A stretch of 64,000 nt of DNA, from positions 32,001 through 96,000 of IMG/VR virus record IMGVR_UViG_3300010399_000002; one strand, given 5' to 3'. Source of the stretch: a virus. A program made the translations under genes and the position numbers. Position 1 is the first letter of the stretch. Each line of letters begins with the position of its first letter. Shown piece after piece: positions 46,705 through 55,779 of this stretch. The notes beneath the pieces were generated by a model, which saw only the letters and a list, made by a program, of their open reading frames with translations, did no database searches and was not told where the DNA came from.

Positions 46705-47187
46705 TTAAGCTCCTCTCTGAATGACTGGTAGTGGCTCCTTGTATCTGGGTAGCCGATTGTGAATGTTGGCTAGATTCACCAACACCTGAAAAATGCGCTT
46801 GGCACGCTTACATAAAGCGGCCTCCTGCACTCGTGAAATCTCGTGGTTCAACAGCAGTCCATATGGATTGACCGCGCGCACTTCTTCTTGGATCTCATGT
46901 AGAAGCCTCGTAGCCTCGATCAGTGGCTGCGGAACTGCGTGCATAGAACTACAAACATCGATGAGGATCGCAATCCTTTCGGGTGATGGATCGAAGCCTG
47001 CACGCTTCGAACTCATTTCATAGTTTTCGAGTAGTATCCTGGCTGCGTGCAGCGACGCGGCTGTTGGACGATAGCCGATTTGCTTGAGCTTGTGTATCCC
47101 GGAAGCCCACATGGAGCCTCCAAGACGCAACTCGTTGGCTATATGATTGTGCAGTTGATCTGCTTCTTTTAGAAGCTTGTTCTCCAC
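46705..47187 (-). CDS. Hypothetical protein
   Basis: 160-aa helical ORF. Confidence 0.55.
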   Translation of the reverse strand: MENKLLKEADQLHNHIANELRLGGSMWASGIHKLKQIGYRPTAASLHAARILLENYEMSSKRAGFDPSPERIAILIDVCSSMHAVPQPLIEATRLLHEIQEEVRAVNPYGLLLNHEISRVQEAALCKRAKRIFQVLVNLANIHNRLPRYKEPLPVIQRGA

Positions 47188-47197
47188 AAAAACCTCA

Positions 47198-47464
47198 CTA
47201 GTCGAATTTGATTGGTTGATTCAGATGGTTAAATAGCACATTCACTGGTGGAGCTCCCGTTACTCCGGTCTGTCCCATCCGACTGTGCATGGCCTCATGT
47301 CTGGTGATCTCGTGGATGTTGTAGGTATCGAAGCCACAACCAACACGACACTGATACCTGGGTTGACCTTCCCACAGAAAATCCGGTTCCCGCCCGGTAG
47401 TATTCTCCGGAACTGCTTTGGCGTCAACTGGGGAAGGCTGAACGTTTCTTTCTGCTTCACTCAT
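47198..47464 (-). CDS. C2H2 zinc-finger-like small protein
   Basis: YQCRVGCGFDT......RHEAMH; start MSEAE. Confidence 0.55.
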   Translation of the reverse strand: MSEAERNVQPSPVDAKAVPENTTGREPDFLWEGQPRYQCRVGCGFDTYNIHEITRHEAMHSRMGQTGVTGAPPVNVLFNHLNQPIKFD

Positions 47465-48108
47465 TGCCACTTCTCCTTTATCCAAGACTCGTAACACTCG
47501 TTGGGCTTTGGTTTGCCGTGAAAGCACACTACCTTGGCGTCATTTGGTGGACGACCTTCTTTACGGCAGTGTGTCTTGTAGCTGGCAATCCAACCTGCTG
47601 GCCAGAACGACAACTGATCTGGCGCTACAACCTTTGTCATCCATTCCTGATCTCCCCAGAATTTCTTTGGGACCTCGGCTGTGAAACTTGTCCACACCTG
47701 AGGTAATGATCCGGTCTCCAAAAGATAGCATGCACTATTGAGATACTGCGGCCTTAGCCAATCGTAGGTCAGTACCAACGGTCCTGAGCTCTCGAACAGA
47801 TGATCTAATGGTCCGGTTATAACAACATCTAGATCAAGAACTAGAACTCGCCTCGCTAGCGAAGTAGCCTCGGGCTTGAATACTGCTAACTTGTTCCACC
47901 AACCTGAAAGACCCGGTTGTAACGGAAGATATGAACACTGTAATCCGTATGGATCGTCGGTTAGACAGATGAAAGAATAAGGCAATGACAGATTCCGACG
48001 AACCATGGACGCAAGACGGTTAGCATACTCGAATCCGTACTTTGGTCCCCACTTGATACAAACGACTGCTAGGTCACTCAAAACAGCATTCTCCTCATGC
48101 AATAGCAC
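47461..48108 (-). CDS. GT8-like glycosyltransferase
   Basis: VCIKWG.KY..EY.NRL..CLTDD..WWNKL..LDLDVVI..GDQ..FHG.PKP. Confidence 0.85.
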   Translation of the reverse strand: MLLHEENAVLSDLAVVCIKWGPKYGFEYANRLASMVRRNLSLPYSFICLTDDPYGLQCSYLPLQPGLSGWWNKLAVFKPEATSLARRVLVLDLDVVITGPLDHLFESSGPLVLTYDWLRPQYLNSACYLLETGSLPQVWTSFTAEVPKKFWGDQEWMTKVVAPDQLSFWPAGWIASYKTHCRKEGRPPNDAKVVCFHGKPKPNECYESWIKEKWQ

Positions 48109-48123
48109 CCTCTAAGAACCTGT

Positions 48124-48204
48124 CTAGGAACTCGCAGGCACTATCGACAGATACCAAATGGTAGTTGAATAGGGTTTTTGTTACTCAGGACGTTGTAGAG
48201 GCTG
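48124..48204. repeat. Dispersed conserved element, copy 5 of 6
   Basis: ctaggaaCTCGCAGGCACT-N15-ATGGTAGTTGaatagGGTTTT..; 27 bp (48182-48208) identical to copy 2 (11224-11250). Confidence 0.9.
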
Positions 48205-48212
48205 CTACACTT

Positions 48213-49076
48213 CTACACTACGCCATATAAATTCAAACCGATAAAGTGACCTGGCCCGTACGCATCCATCAAGCGCTTGCATTCTTGTTCTTGCCATACT
48301 GGGCGATCTCCGATGTCTATGTACTTCATGAGATCTTCGTAACCGGTCCACCAAGTCGGATGCACCGAAGATACTGCGACGTTTGTTTCGTCTATAGCCT
48401 GATGGTACTTTCGATCTACGGCATCGACTGTCTCACGATCGGGCCACCTCACACGTTCTGTCATCTTATACAAAGCGTGCTTGGCCTTCAGACGCCGGCG
48501 ATTGACAAACTGCAAGTGCATCACACCGCCTGAATTACTGAATGGTCTGTGTTGTGCAATAGTAGAACCAAATGGATGGCGATGATGGAAGTCGTACCCG
48601 GCCCTGGTCTCCCATCTCAACGTAGGATGATCTTTAAATACTGTTGACAACCAAACACGAGACCAAACTGATCTGTCTGACCGATAGAACTCGAGACTCT
48701 TCCAACAAGCTGGCATCCACGCCTCGAGAACCAAACCTGGTGTCAGCTTTTCGGAAGCATCTCGAATCACTGGTAGAAGATTGTTAGTCAGAACCTCGTC
48801 TGCATCCACGATAGCAAAATGCGTTCCACCTGCAGCTCGACCCGCGTCTAGCATCCGTTGGCGGTATTGCATCTCGAACCAGACAGCGTTGTCTTCTCGG
48901 ATGCGAATAAGCTTACCTGGATATTCGGATTCGATCTCAGATAGGATCTCGGAAGTACGATCACTGGAAGCATGGTCGAAGACTACTAACTTGTCGCACC
49001 ACTTCAAAGCTACACGAGCAGTAAGACCTACAACCCAGTCTTCGTTACGGCACAGCATCAAACCGACTAGAAACAC
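48213..49076 (-). CDS. GT2-family glycosyltransferase
   Basis: CRNE..VVFDHASSDRT..IVDADE. Confidence 0.85.
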   Translation of the reverse strand: MFLVGLMLCRNEDWVVGLTARVALKWCDKLVVFDHASSDRTSEILSEIESEYPGKLIRIREDNAVWFEMQYRQRMLDAGRAAGGTHFAIVDADEVLTNNLLPVIRDASEKLTPGLVLEAWMPACWKSLEFYRSDRSVWSRVWLSTVFKDHPTLRWETRAGYDFHHRHPFGSTIAQHRPFSNSGGVMHLQFVNRRRLKAKHALYKMTERVRWPDRETVDAVDRKYHQAIDETNVAVSSVHPTWWTGYEDLMKYIDIGDRPVWQEQECKRLMDAYGPGHFIGLNLYGVV

Positions 49077-49086
49077 AAATGCTCCT

Positions 49087-49758
49087 TTACATCCCTTGAG
49101 TAACGATCACTGTCTCCGGATCTGGAACTGGTGTGCAGTAACTAAAGAACTTCGGACAGTACGTGGACTTCATTCCCAACTTGTAACTGATGATAGATGC
49201 GGCGGGTTGGTCGTGCCTGTGCCCGAGCACTCGCGGATCTTCGGATACGAGTCTGTTCTTGTTTGTCCATTGGCCTACAAACGTTCCTCGATCAGCGGCT
49301 TCTTTCCACAACCTCAAGAACTTCAAGCTACGTTCGTCTTTGAGGTACAAGCAAACACATCCACCTATCACCAACGAGATCTTGAAAGCCTCTTCTCGAC
49401 TGGTACCAAGAATCCTCAACGCATGGTCGGTACACCACTGCCCAACGCTCCAACCGCAAGTAAACAACAGATACCCGCTGCGTTCTACTTCTTCGATCAT
49501 TGACTCCAATGGTCGGATAGCCCAACAGGAAGCATCGAGCCATATAACCAAATCGTGACCTTGTCTAACGGCTTCATACAACGCATAGACTTTGAACGCA
49601 TACGGATTCTGTTGGTGGGATAAGCACCCGACGGGATACTGATTCAGGCCTAGAAACGCTCCTTGGTAACCTTGCGCTTTCAAACTGGATCGCAACCGTT
49701 CCTGTCCGCGCAGATACCAGCCCCGACTAGTAGCGAAACTGACTACACATGGACTCAC
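49087..49758 (-). CDS. Nucleotide-diphospho-sugar transferase-like protein
   Basis: YAFK..IWLDAS..GHRHDQ. Confidence 0.72.
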   Translation of the reverse strand: MSPCVVSFATSRGWYLRGQERLRSSLKAQGYQGAFLGLNQYPVGCLSHQQNPYAFKVYALYEAVRQGHDLVIWLDASCWAIRPLESMIEEVERSGYLLFTCGWSVGQWCTDHALRILGTSREEAFKISLVIGGCVCLYLKDERSLKFLRLWKEAADRGTFVGQWTNKNRLVSEDPRVLGHRHDQPAASIISYKLGMKSTYCPKFFSYCTPVPDPETVIVTQGM

Positions 49759-49759
49759 T

Positions 49760-50203
49760 TTACTTTACTGCATTACGCAATATAGAACCCAACCTCCTGG
49801 CCTCAGAAACTGTACCTGGCAACTTTCCTTCCGACACTGTACCGCCGTGCTTGTCTTTCAGTTCCCAAAAATTCTCTTCACGACCTGGTCCTGTGGATAA
49901 GCGTAACTTATGACCGGAGCTGTGCTCAAAGTTTGCTATTGACTGCGTAGCTGTACCAGAACCTTGTTCTTGAGTTGCCTTATGCCTAAAACCTGCATCT
50001 TTCGCTTCCCTACGAACTTCCATTGCACGACCACGATGACCTCCAGCTATTTCACCGCCAATTTTCCCTGCACCACTACCTCCTCGTACTCCAAAACTTG
50101 CTCCACCTCCGCCACCAGATGAAAACTGACCTTGAGTGTCGTGATGGGGATTGAACTTGGCAACACGCTGTTGGAGGCTTTTGATGCGTTCTGATGTAGT
50201 CAT
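49760..50203 (-). CDS. Small protein with KFNPHHDxQGQFSS leader
   Basis: N-terminal module shared with 50989..51297, then a Gly linker. Confidence 0.7.
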   Translation of the reverse strand: MTTSERIKSLQQRVAKFNPHHDTQGQFSSGGGGGASFGVRGGSGAGKIGGEIAGGHRGRAMEVRREAKDAGFRHKATQEQGSGTATQSIANFEHSSGHKLRLSTGPGREENFWELKDKHGGTVSEGKLPGTVSEARRLGSILRNAVK

Positions 50204-50985
50204 AGGCCCTCCTGATCTCGGTCTGGAACGTTTCGATATGCACTACCGATGGTTGGATCTTTTACGCCACCTGGCGTTCCTATCTGTTCGAACAGTTGCG
50301 GATACAAATCCTGGTCTTGCGGCTGGTCTCTTCCGTACTGGCACGCTTCTCGATACAATCTGTACCCATACCGATGTGCAAGATTCGTCAAGATGGCTTG
50401 CTCGCACCGATGCTCGTGCAACTCGGGATGCTCTGGAAGTATGAGACTCGGATCAAAAGTAGTAGCTGATGGATTGACGCAGTACGTCAACCACTCCATG
50501 AGAAATTGCTGCGGCTTCCATCGACCTTTTTGGAACACAAAGAATCTGGCGACAGCGTGCTGGACATCTCGATACCGCGGCTCGTCTTGACCCATCACGA
50601 TAAAGCAATCACGCTTGCACCAGCAATTATTCCAACAGCCTACGGCATTAAACAACATGATGCCGTCTTTTTTGACTTCTTCAAACAGCACAGAGAAGTC
50701 TGCGATAGGATGCGTGTCTCCATCGGTAAACAGAATGATGTCTCCGTCTTGCACACGTGACAGAGCGTCCATCATCACATACGGCTTCCAAGCGAACCAA
50801 CCTACACCGCGGGACGCATGGTGATCCCACAACCAAGTATTGTGTCTGCGGAACTCCGTCTTACTGAGCCACAAGTCGTCGTAGACCCAAACCTCATCGG
50901 CACCCAACTTCGGAGCGTCACGAACGGTTTGACCTATAACCTCGTTATATGACGACCCGCCGAACGTGATGTAGATTTTTCTCAT
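50200..50985 (-). CDS. Nucleotide-diphospho-sugar transferase-like protein
   Basis: WFAWKP..DGDIILFTDGD..EHRCEQAIL. Confidence 0.72.
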   Translation of the reverse strand: MRKIYITFGGSSYNEVIGQTVRDAPKLGADEVWVYDDLWLSKTEFRRHNTWLWDHHASRGVGWFAWKPYVMMDALSRVQDGDIILFTDGDTHPIADFSVLFEEVKKDGIMLFNAVGCWNNCWCKRDCFIVMGQDEPRYRDVQHAVARFFVFQKGRWKPQQFLMEWLTYCVNPSATTFDPSLILPEHPELHEHRCEQAILTNLAHRYGYRLYREACQYGRDQPQDQDLYPQLFEQIGTPGGVKDPTIGSAYRNVPDRDQEGL

Positions 50986-50988
50986 GTA

Positions 50989-51297
50989 CTAAGCTGTTGT
51001 GCGCTGCAAGTCGGAAGACTGATAATTGCCCGAAGTACCGTCTTTGAATCTGACTATATGGAACTCACCGGATGGAGCTGAAGTAACAATCTTGCCGTGT
51101 TTACCTTTACCTTTAACTGGACCTTTAACCTTAACCGAATCCCCTTCGGTCAACTTACTCCCGAACATGCGAGCGCTGCCTCCACCACCGCCACTAGAAC
51201 TAAACTGTCCCTGCGCATCATGATGGGGATTGAACTTGGTTAGCAGAGACTCAACTCGATCGTTGAGCTGTACAATACGCTCACTTGTCATTTGCAC
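50989..51297 (-). CDS. Small protein with KFNPHHDxQGQFSS leader and KOW/SH3-like domain
   Basis: LTEGDSVKVKG..KGKHGKIV..HIVRF.DG..Y..SDL. Confidence 0.7.
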   Translation of the reverse strand: MQMTSERIVQLNDRVESLLTKFNPHHDAQGQFSSSGGGGGSARMFGSKLTEGDSVKVKGPVKGKGKHGKIVTSAPSGEFHIVRFKDGTSGNYQSSDLQRTTA

Positions 51298-52037
51298 ACT
51301 CCAAAGTCAAAATTCATACTCGCACGTCTAGCAGCAAATGCCTCTTTGTGCGCTGGATCTGATACATGGTCTGGGGGCTGGAAATCGCCTCGCCAACAGA
51401 CCGCTACCATTTGTGGTGTATCGTAAATACGACAGTGCATCCCACCTGTACCGTGGTCTTGCAAAAGATACTTGACCGCCTCTAACACCGGACCGCCGAA
51501 GTCGTGAAACGCAATCACACCACGTGGTCTCAATCTCGATAACGCGAACTGGGCATCCAACTGTGGTACCGGAGAATCGTGGTCACCGTCAATAAAAACC
51601 CCGTCGAAGAAATCCTGATCCCCGATAACGGAATACTGATCTGATCGAAGAGCGACAGGGTGAAGTATAGCAGTGTCTGCCTTAGCATTGGGGGCATCGT
51701 ACTGACGCACGTTATCCATGTTCTCCAACCACCGCTCAAAGAACGCACGCTCTCTCAATCTTGGCTCAAGCATCAATACACTACGCACACCGGTCAGGTG
51801 GGCGATGTGCGCACCGCTCCAACCAGTTTGACTTCCGATCTCGAGCCAGTCGCCTTTAATCCTGTGAGCGATCTCCCAAAGTATAGCAGCCTCGTCGGCA
51901 CTGATCCAACCGGGCACTGGTGGAAAGTCCGGATCACAGAGGATCTCATGATCGTAGCCTACTACGATTGGTTGTGCATGTACGAAACAGGACCTAAGAT
52001 CTGGTCCGTGGATAAGATTAGAACGATAGTTATACAT
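51288..52037 (-). CDS. Class I SAM-dependent methyltransferase
   Basis: LEIGSQTGWS; VFIDGDH; L.P.GVI.FHD. Confidence 0.85.
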   Translation of the reverse strand: MYNYRSNLIHGPDLRSCFVHAQPIVVGYDHEILCDPDFPPVPGWISADEAAILWEIAHRIKGDWLEIGSQTGWSGAHIAHLTGVRSVLMLEPRLRERAFFERWLENMDNVRQYDAPNAKADTAILHPVALRSDQYSVIGDQDFFDGVFIDGDHDSPVPQLDAQFALSRLRPRGVIAFHDFGGPVLEAVKYLLQDHGTGGMHCRIYDTPQMVAVCWRGDFQPPDHVSDPAHKEAFAARRASMNFDFGVCK

Positions 52038-52040
52038 GTC

Positions 52041-52658
52041 TCACTCGGCAAACCAACAATCATTACACGGCAGCGGTACTGTTGGAAGTATGGTCTTCCA
52101 ATCGATCTGTGGCTCTAACGGTGTAGCAGTTGGAATCCCCGGGCCTACGCAACAGCCGAAGAACTTCCCGTCGGCATAGGCGCACCCGTCAGAAATGAAA
52201 CACGCTCTCGAACACGGCTTACCTTCTGCCCGACGGATACGCGGTACAAAATTTGCTCCGTTTGGTCCGGCATTGTACATACCGACCTTCACGCCTCGAC
52301 CTAACAGTGCGTTCAACGCCTGGTGGTTATCGCCGTAGTCACTAAAGTCTACCCAGGTAAAATGTTCGACAATGGTATCCAAATGCGCTATCACCCGATA
52401 ACCGTTCGTGTTCATGGTCAGCGTCGTACAACCGAACAACTCTCTGAACCTCGGTACGAACTCAGCGAACTTCGGATGTGCTGTTGGTTCTCCACCTGTT
52501 AAATTGATGCGTTCGATGCCTTGCAACCATTTGGCAGCAGTCTCAAAGTACGACCAATCATGGTGGCCTAGCACTCGATTGATGCCTACACCCGCGCAGC
52601 AATCGGGACAACGCTTGTTACAATGCGTCGTCAGATCGAGATTGACTGTATGGATCAC
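52041..52658 (-). CDS. Radical SAM protein
   Basis: CNKRCPDC; LTGGEP; TNG; C-terminal Cys cluster (C..GCC..CNDC). Confidence 0.88.
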   Translation of the reverse strand: MIHTVNLDLTTHCNKRCPDCCAGVGINRVLGHHDWSYFETAAKWLQGIERINLTGGEPTAHPKFAEFVPRFRELFGCTTLTMNTNGYRVIAHLDTIVEHFTWVDFSDYGDNHQALNALLGRGVKVGMYNAGPNGANFVPRIRRAEGKPCSRACFISDGCAYADGKFFGCCVGPGIPTATPLEPQIDWKTILPTVPLPCNDCWFAE

Positions 52659-53239
52659 GGCATGGCCAGAATCAGATTGTTACCGTCGTAGTACGGACAG
52701 ATGTAACCTAACCCGGTAGCAATCTGTAAGATCTCACCTTCATGGTGATCGTGCTCAACGCATATGCACTTCGGTCTCATAGCTGCCAACGGAAAGCGCT
52801 TGAACAATTCAGTTGACGTGCCCTCTGTATCAATACTGATGAAATCGAAACCGCCGAACTGATTGAGAATCTGCTCGACAGTAATCTGCGGTACCCAGAA
52901 CCGACCGGTAAAGTCTGCATGAGCTTTCCACTTCTCGTAGTTCTCGTCCTGAGTAGTAGATATGGCATCGGGACTGTTATAGAACTGGATTAGACTCTGA
53001 TCTAAACCCACGGCTGCCATGATCAGCGACAACTTATCGTTGCCTCGATGTCTATCCGACAGTGCCATGAACGCATTGGGAGACGGTTCGATGAGAACTC
53101 CACCCCAACCTCGCTCGACCAATGCTAATGTATTGGAAAAGGTCTTACCATCGAACGCTCCGATATCGAGAAACCTCCCGACATGGTCTCCGAAAATTTC
53201 CAGGATAACCTTCTCTTCACCTTTTTGGGAATATGGCAT
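52655..53239 (-). CDS. FkbM-family methyltransferase
   Basis: YSQ.GEE; FLDIGAFDG..SNT..L..GW.GVLIEP; FISIDTEG. Confidence 0.88.
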   Translation of the reverse strand: MPYSQKGEEKVILEIFGDHVGRFLDIGAFDGKTFSNTLALVERGWGGVLIEPSPNAFMALSDRHRGNDKLSLIMAAVGLDQSLIQFYNSPDAISTTQDENYEKWKAHADFTGRFWVPQITVEQILNQFGGFDFISIDTEGTSTELFKRFPLAAMRPKCICVEHDHHEGEILQIATGLGYICPYYDGNNLILAMP

Positions 53240-53243
53240 TTTC

Positions 53244-53918
53244 TTATGCACTGTAGTTACTGTTCCGTAACAGCAGATTATAGTCAAACTCCTTTACGAT
53301 CTCCCAACCTGGAAGCATAGCCAACAACTCCGCACGGTTGGCCTGTCCTTCGTACATCTCATGGTCGTCGGCTTCGATGAACAAGTAACGCGTTCTGCTT
53401 AGAGCCTCTCGGCCACCTTCAATCACATCTCGTTCGGCACCTTGCACATCCACCCAAAGCAACTCTACCTTTTCGAGTTTCTCGGTCTCATACAGATTGT
53501 CCAACGTAACGCATTGCACCTCAACGGTCTTCGGAAACGTACACCAGGGAAAGAACTCGAGATGCTTCTTCGGCTTCCGAATTGAACTGCTAGCTGTTCC
53601 ATAACCGATCTCGTTCTCACACAGGTGTAATTCAATTGTACCTGAATGAGCTGCAACAGCAGCCTCGTAGAAGTTTGTAATACCGTTGAAACCGTTCTCG
53701 CGAATATAATCGGCGTTACGCGGATCGGGCTCTAGAGCGATGTATCTTCTGGCGTGAGGACTCATCCAAGCTGCGTCTTCGGCATGGAAGGTTCCTAACT
53801 CCACAACAGTTGGCTTGTCTGCGGCCTTCAGAATCTCAATGATAGCTTGCTGTATGTCGGACACCAGCTGCTGCTCGAGAGTAACCTCTGCAACTTGATC
53901 TACAATTTCCTCTTGCAC
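53244..53918 (-). CDS. FkbM-family methyltransferase
   Basis: VELG; LEPDP; SSSI..P; TLD; LLWVDVQGAE..V..G; YEGQ. Confidence 0.88.
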   Translation of the reverse strand: MQEEIVDQVAEVTLEQQLVSDIQQAIIEILKAADKPTVVELGTFHAEDAAWMSPHARRYIALEPDPRNADYIRENGFNGITNFYEAAVAAHSGTIELHLCENEIGYGTASSSIRKPKKHLEFFPWCTFPKTVEVQCVTLDNLYETEKLEKVELLWVDVQGAERDVIEGGREALSRTRYLFIEADDHEMYEGQANRAELLAMLPGWEIVKEFDYNLLLRNSNYSA

Positions 53919-53928
53919 CGTTTCACCT

Positions 53929-54480
53929 ATGTGTTATGATTCGATTATGATCTACAAAAAAGTGAGACCTAAATTCGACTTGACCGGGCAACGCTTTGGA
54001 CGTTTAGTTGCTCTTGGAGCTGTTGGACGGAGACCTAACGGGATCGTTTGGAAATGTAAATGTGATTGTGGCAAAACAACTTCTGTTCCGGCCTGCAATC
54101 TTAGGTGTGGCGGAACTAGAAGTTGTGGATGCTTGAAACACGAACTGCTAGTCTCTGCAAATCCTAATAGGTCTCACGGCCTCAAATGGGAAATTGCCTC
54201 TAACAAACGACTGCGACAAGTATACCACGCATGGGTTAGTATGAAACAACGTTGTCACAATCCAAAAAATGCAAACTACAAACAGTACGGCGCACGAGGC
54301 ATTTACGTCTGTAAAAAGTGGCGACATGACTTCGTTGCGTTTCTAAAAGATATAGGACTCCCGCCCAAACGCAAATTGACTATCGACCGTTTAGACAACG
54401 ATGGTCCTTATGAACCTGGCAACTGTTCTTGGGCTACACCGTTTGCTCAAGGTCAAAACCGGCGGACAAAACAGACTTAA
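53929..54480 (+). CDS. Free-standing HNH-type homing endonuclease
   Basis: DLTGQRFGRL..WKCKCDCG..SCGC..MKQRC.NP..YGARGI.VC..W..TIDRLDN..YEPGNC.WAT..Q..N. Confidence 0.88.
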   Translation: MCYDSIMIYKKVRPKFDLTGQRFGRLVALGAVGRRPNGIVWKCKCDCGKTTSVPACNLRCGGTRSCGCLKHELLVSANPNRSHGLKWEIASNKRLRQVYHAWVSMKQRCHNPKNANYKQYGARGIYVCKKWRHDFVAFLKDIGLPPKRKLTIDRLDNDGPYEPGNCSWATPFAQGQNRRTKQT

Positions 54481-55156
54481 GTAATGGCTCATGCCCTGGA
54501 AATCCTGCTGCTGCGCGTTGTTCGAATAGTGCTCTAGCTGACGACCAATCCAATCTAGCCTCACTCAAATGAGGAGGCCTCTTCCCACCTTCGCGCATCC
54601 AATGATGGTGATATTGGCAAATATCCTTAGCGTGTCTTAGCACTCCGAGCTTCAACGCAACCTCATGAAGTTCTTGATCGACAAAAAAATGCAACCAACC
54701 TGGCCACAGAGGACCTTGGCCTCCATACATACGCTCGCAGAACTCACGACCGATCCATGGTGAAGAACACACCCGCTCTTCGGATGACTTGCCGTTCTCA
54801 ATCATCCAACGATCACCTGTCGGTTGCATGACCCCGAATGTACCGTTGAAGTTCTTGAAGAACTTCGCCTCCAACTCTTTTGGATCACGCCTTGGATCTG
54901 GATCGATGTCGTCCCCGCCTGTTACGATGATACTTATGGATGGATCTTTGAGAACGATCTTACACAACCAATTGACTGACTCGGCGTAACCTGTATATGG
55001 ACGATACAGAACGAGATCTGCATCTACCTCCGGTTCTCCAACCTTTTCGGGATCTCGATGGACTGCTACACCGTAGCCTAGTTCTCGCCATTTGTGCAAA
55101 CACACATTAGCTTCGGCAACTGGTCTAGCTGAAGGTATGCAATACCAAACACTCAC
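54434..55156 (-). CDS. GT-A / GT2-like glycosyltransferase
   Basis: IPSAR; IIVTGGDD; HFFVD; H.H. Confidence 0.7.
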   Translation of the reverse strand: MSVWYCIPSARPVAEANVCLHKWRELGYGVAVHRDPEKVGEPEVDADLVLYRPYTGYAESVNWLCKIVLKDPSISIIVTGGDDIDPDPRRDPKELEAKFFKNFNGTFGVMQPTGDRWMIENGKSSEERVCSSPWIGREFCERMYGGQGPLWPGWLHFFVDQELHEVALKLGVLRHAKDICQYHHHWMREGGKRPPHLSEARLDWSSARALFEQRAAAGFPGHEPLLKSVLSAGFDLEQTV

Positions 55157-55779
55157 AACGCCTCCCTAAGCACACTCGTTAGTGATTTGTACGGCCACAA
55201 CTTAAGAGCTGATTCCTTCGAAGTGTTTATAACCTCGACTCCGGCTTCTTTCAACGGCGCAACAGCGTTCTGAAAAAGTGGGAGCATGGTGTGCTCAAAC
55301 ACATTGGCATATCCAGCCTGCGTCTGTCTCACGTGCTGGTGCCCGGGGTGCCAATGTGTTCTGCCGTCGACCACTCGCATGTCTACACCTAACAGCACGA
55401 TGCGCTTGACACCGAAATGAAACGCTACCTGCATGGACTGGTACGTTCCGTTGGCTCCGGTATACAATGCACCTGGATCGTTGCTCCAGCCGATCTGTCC
55501 GGCGTTTCTCAAACGCTTAACTGCACCATCGACCTCCACCGTTGTTACGATGTATCGTCCTTCGAATGACTCCATCACTCGCTGTTTATGGTACATGTAC
55601 CATTTGGAATCTGCGAAATACAACACATCGGCGTGTGGAAAGATCTGATAACTGTTGTTGATGGCAATGACTCGACGACCAAATAGTGGACGAAGATCTT
55701 CTCGAGCTAATGAAGGACCTCCACCTAGTATGAATGCTGTCTCACCGGACCACTCTGGCGGAACCACCCAATAGGACAT
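55153..55779 (-). CDS. DUF115/Maf-like (sialyltransferase-like Rossmann) transferase, paralog 1
   Basis: ILGGGPSL..VIAINN..ADVLYFAD..GVKRIVLLGVDM..V.VINTS. Confidence 0.75.
   Translation of the reverse strand: MSYWVVPPEWSGETAFILGGGPSLAREDLRPLFGRRVIAINNSYQIFPHADVLYFADSKWYMYHKQRVMESFEGRYIVTTVEVDGAVKRLRNAGQIGWSNDPGALYTGANGTYQSMQVAFHFGVKRIVLLGVDMRVVDGRTHWHPGHQHVRQTQAGYANVFEHTMLPLFQNAVAPLKEAGVEVINTSKESALKLWPYKSLTSVLREAL

Noticed and set aside
52041-52658. Radical SAM gene as the missing queE
   Set aside because: It lacks the QueE-type CDT after the Cys triad, has an extra C-terminal Cys cluster, and lies about 37 kb away among glycan genes. Not fully excluded without a profile search.
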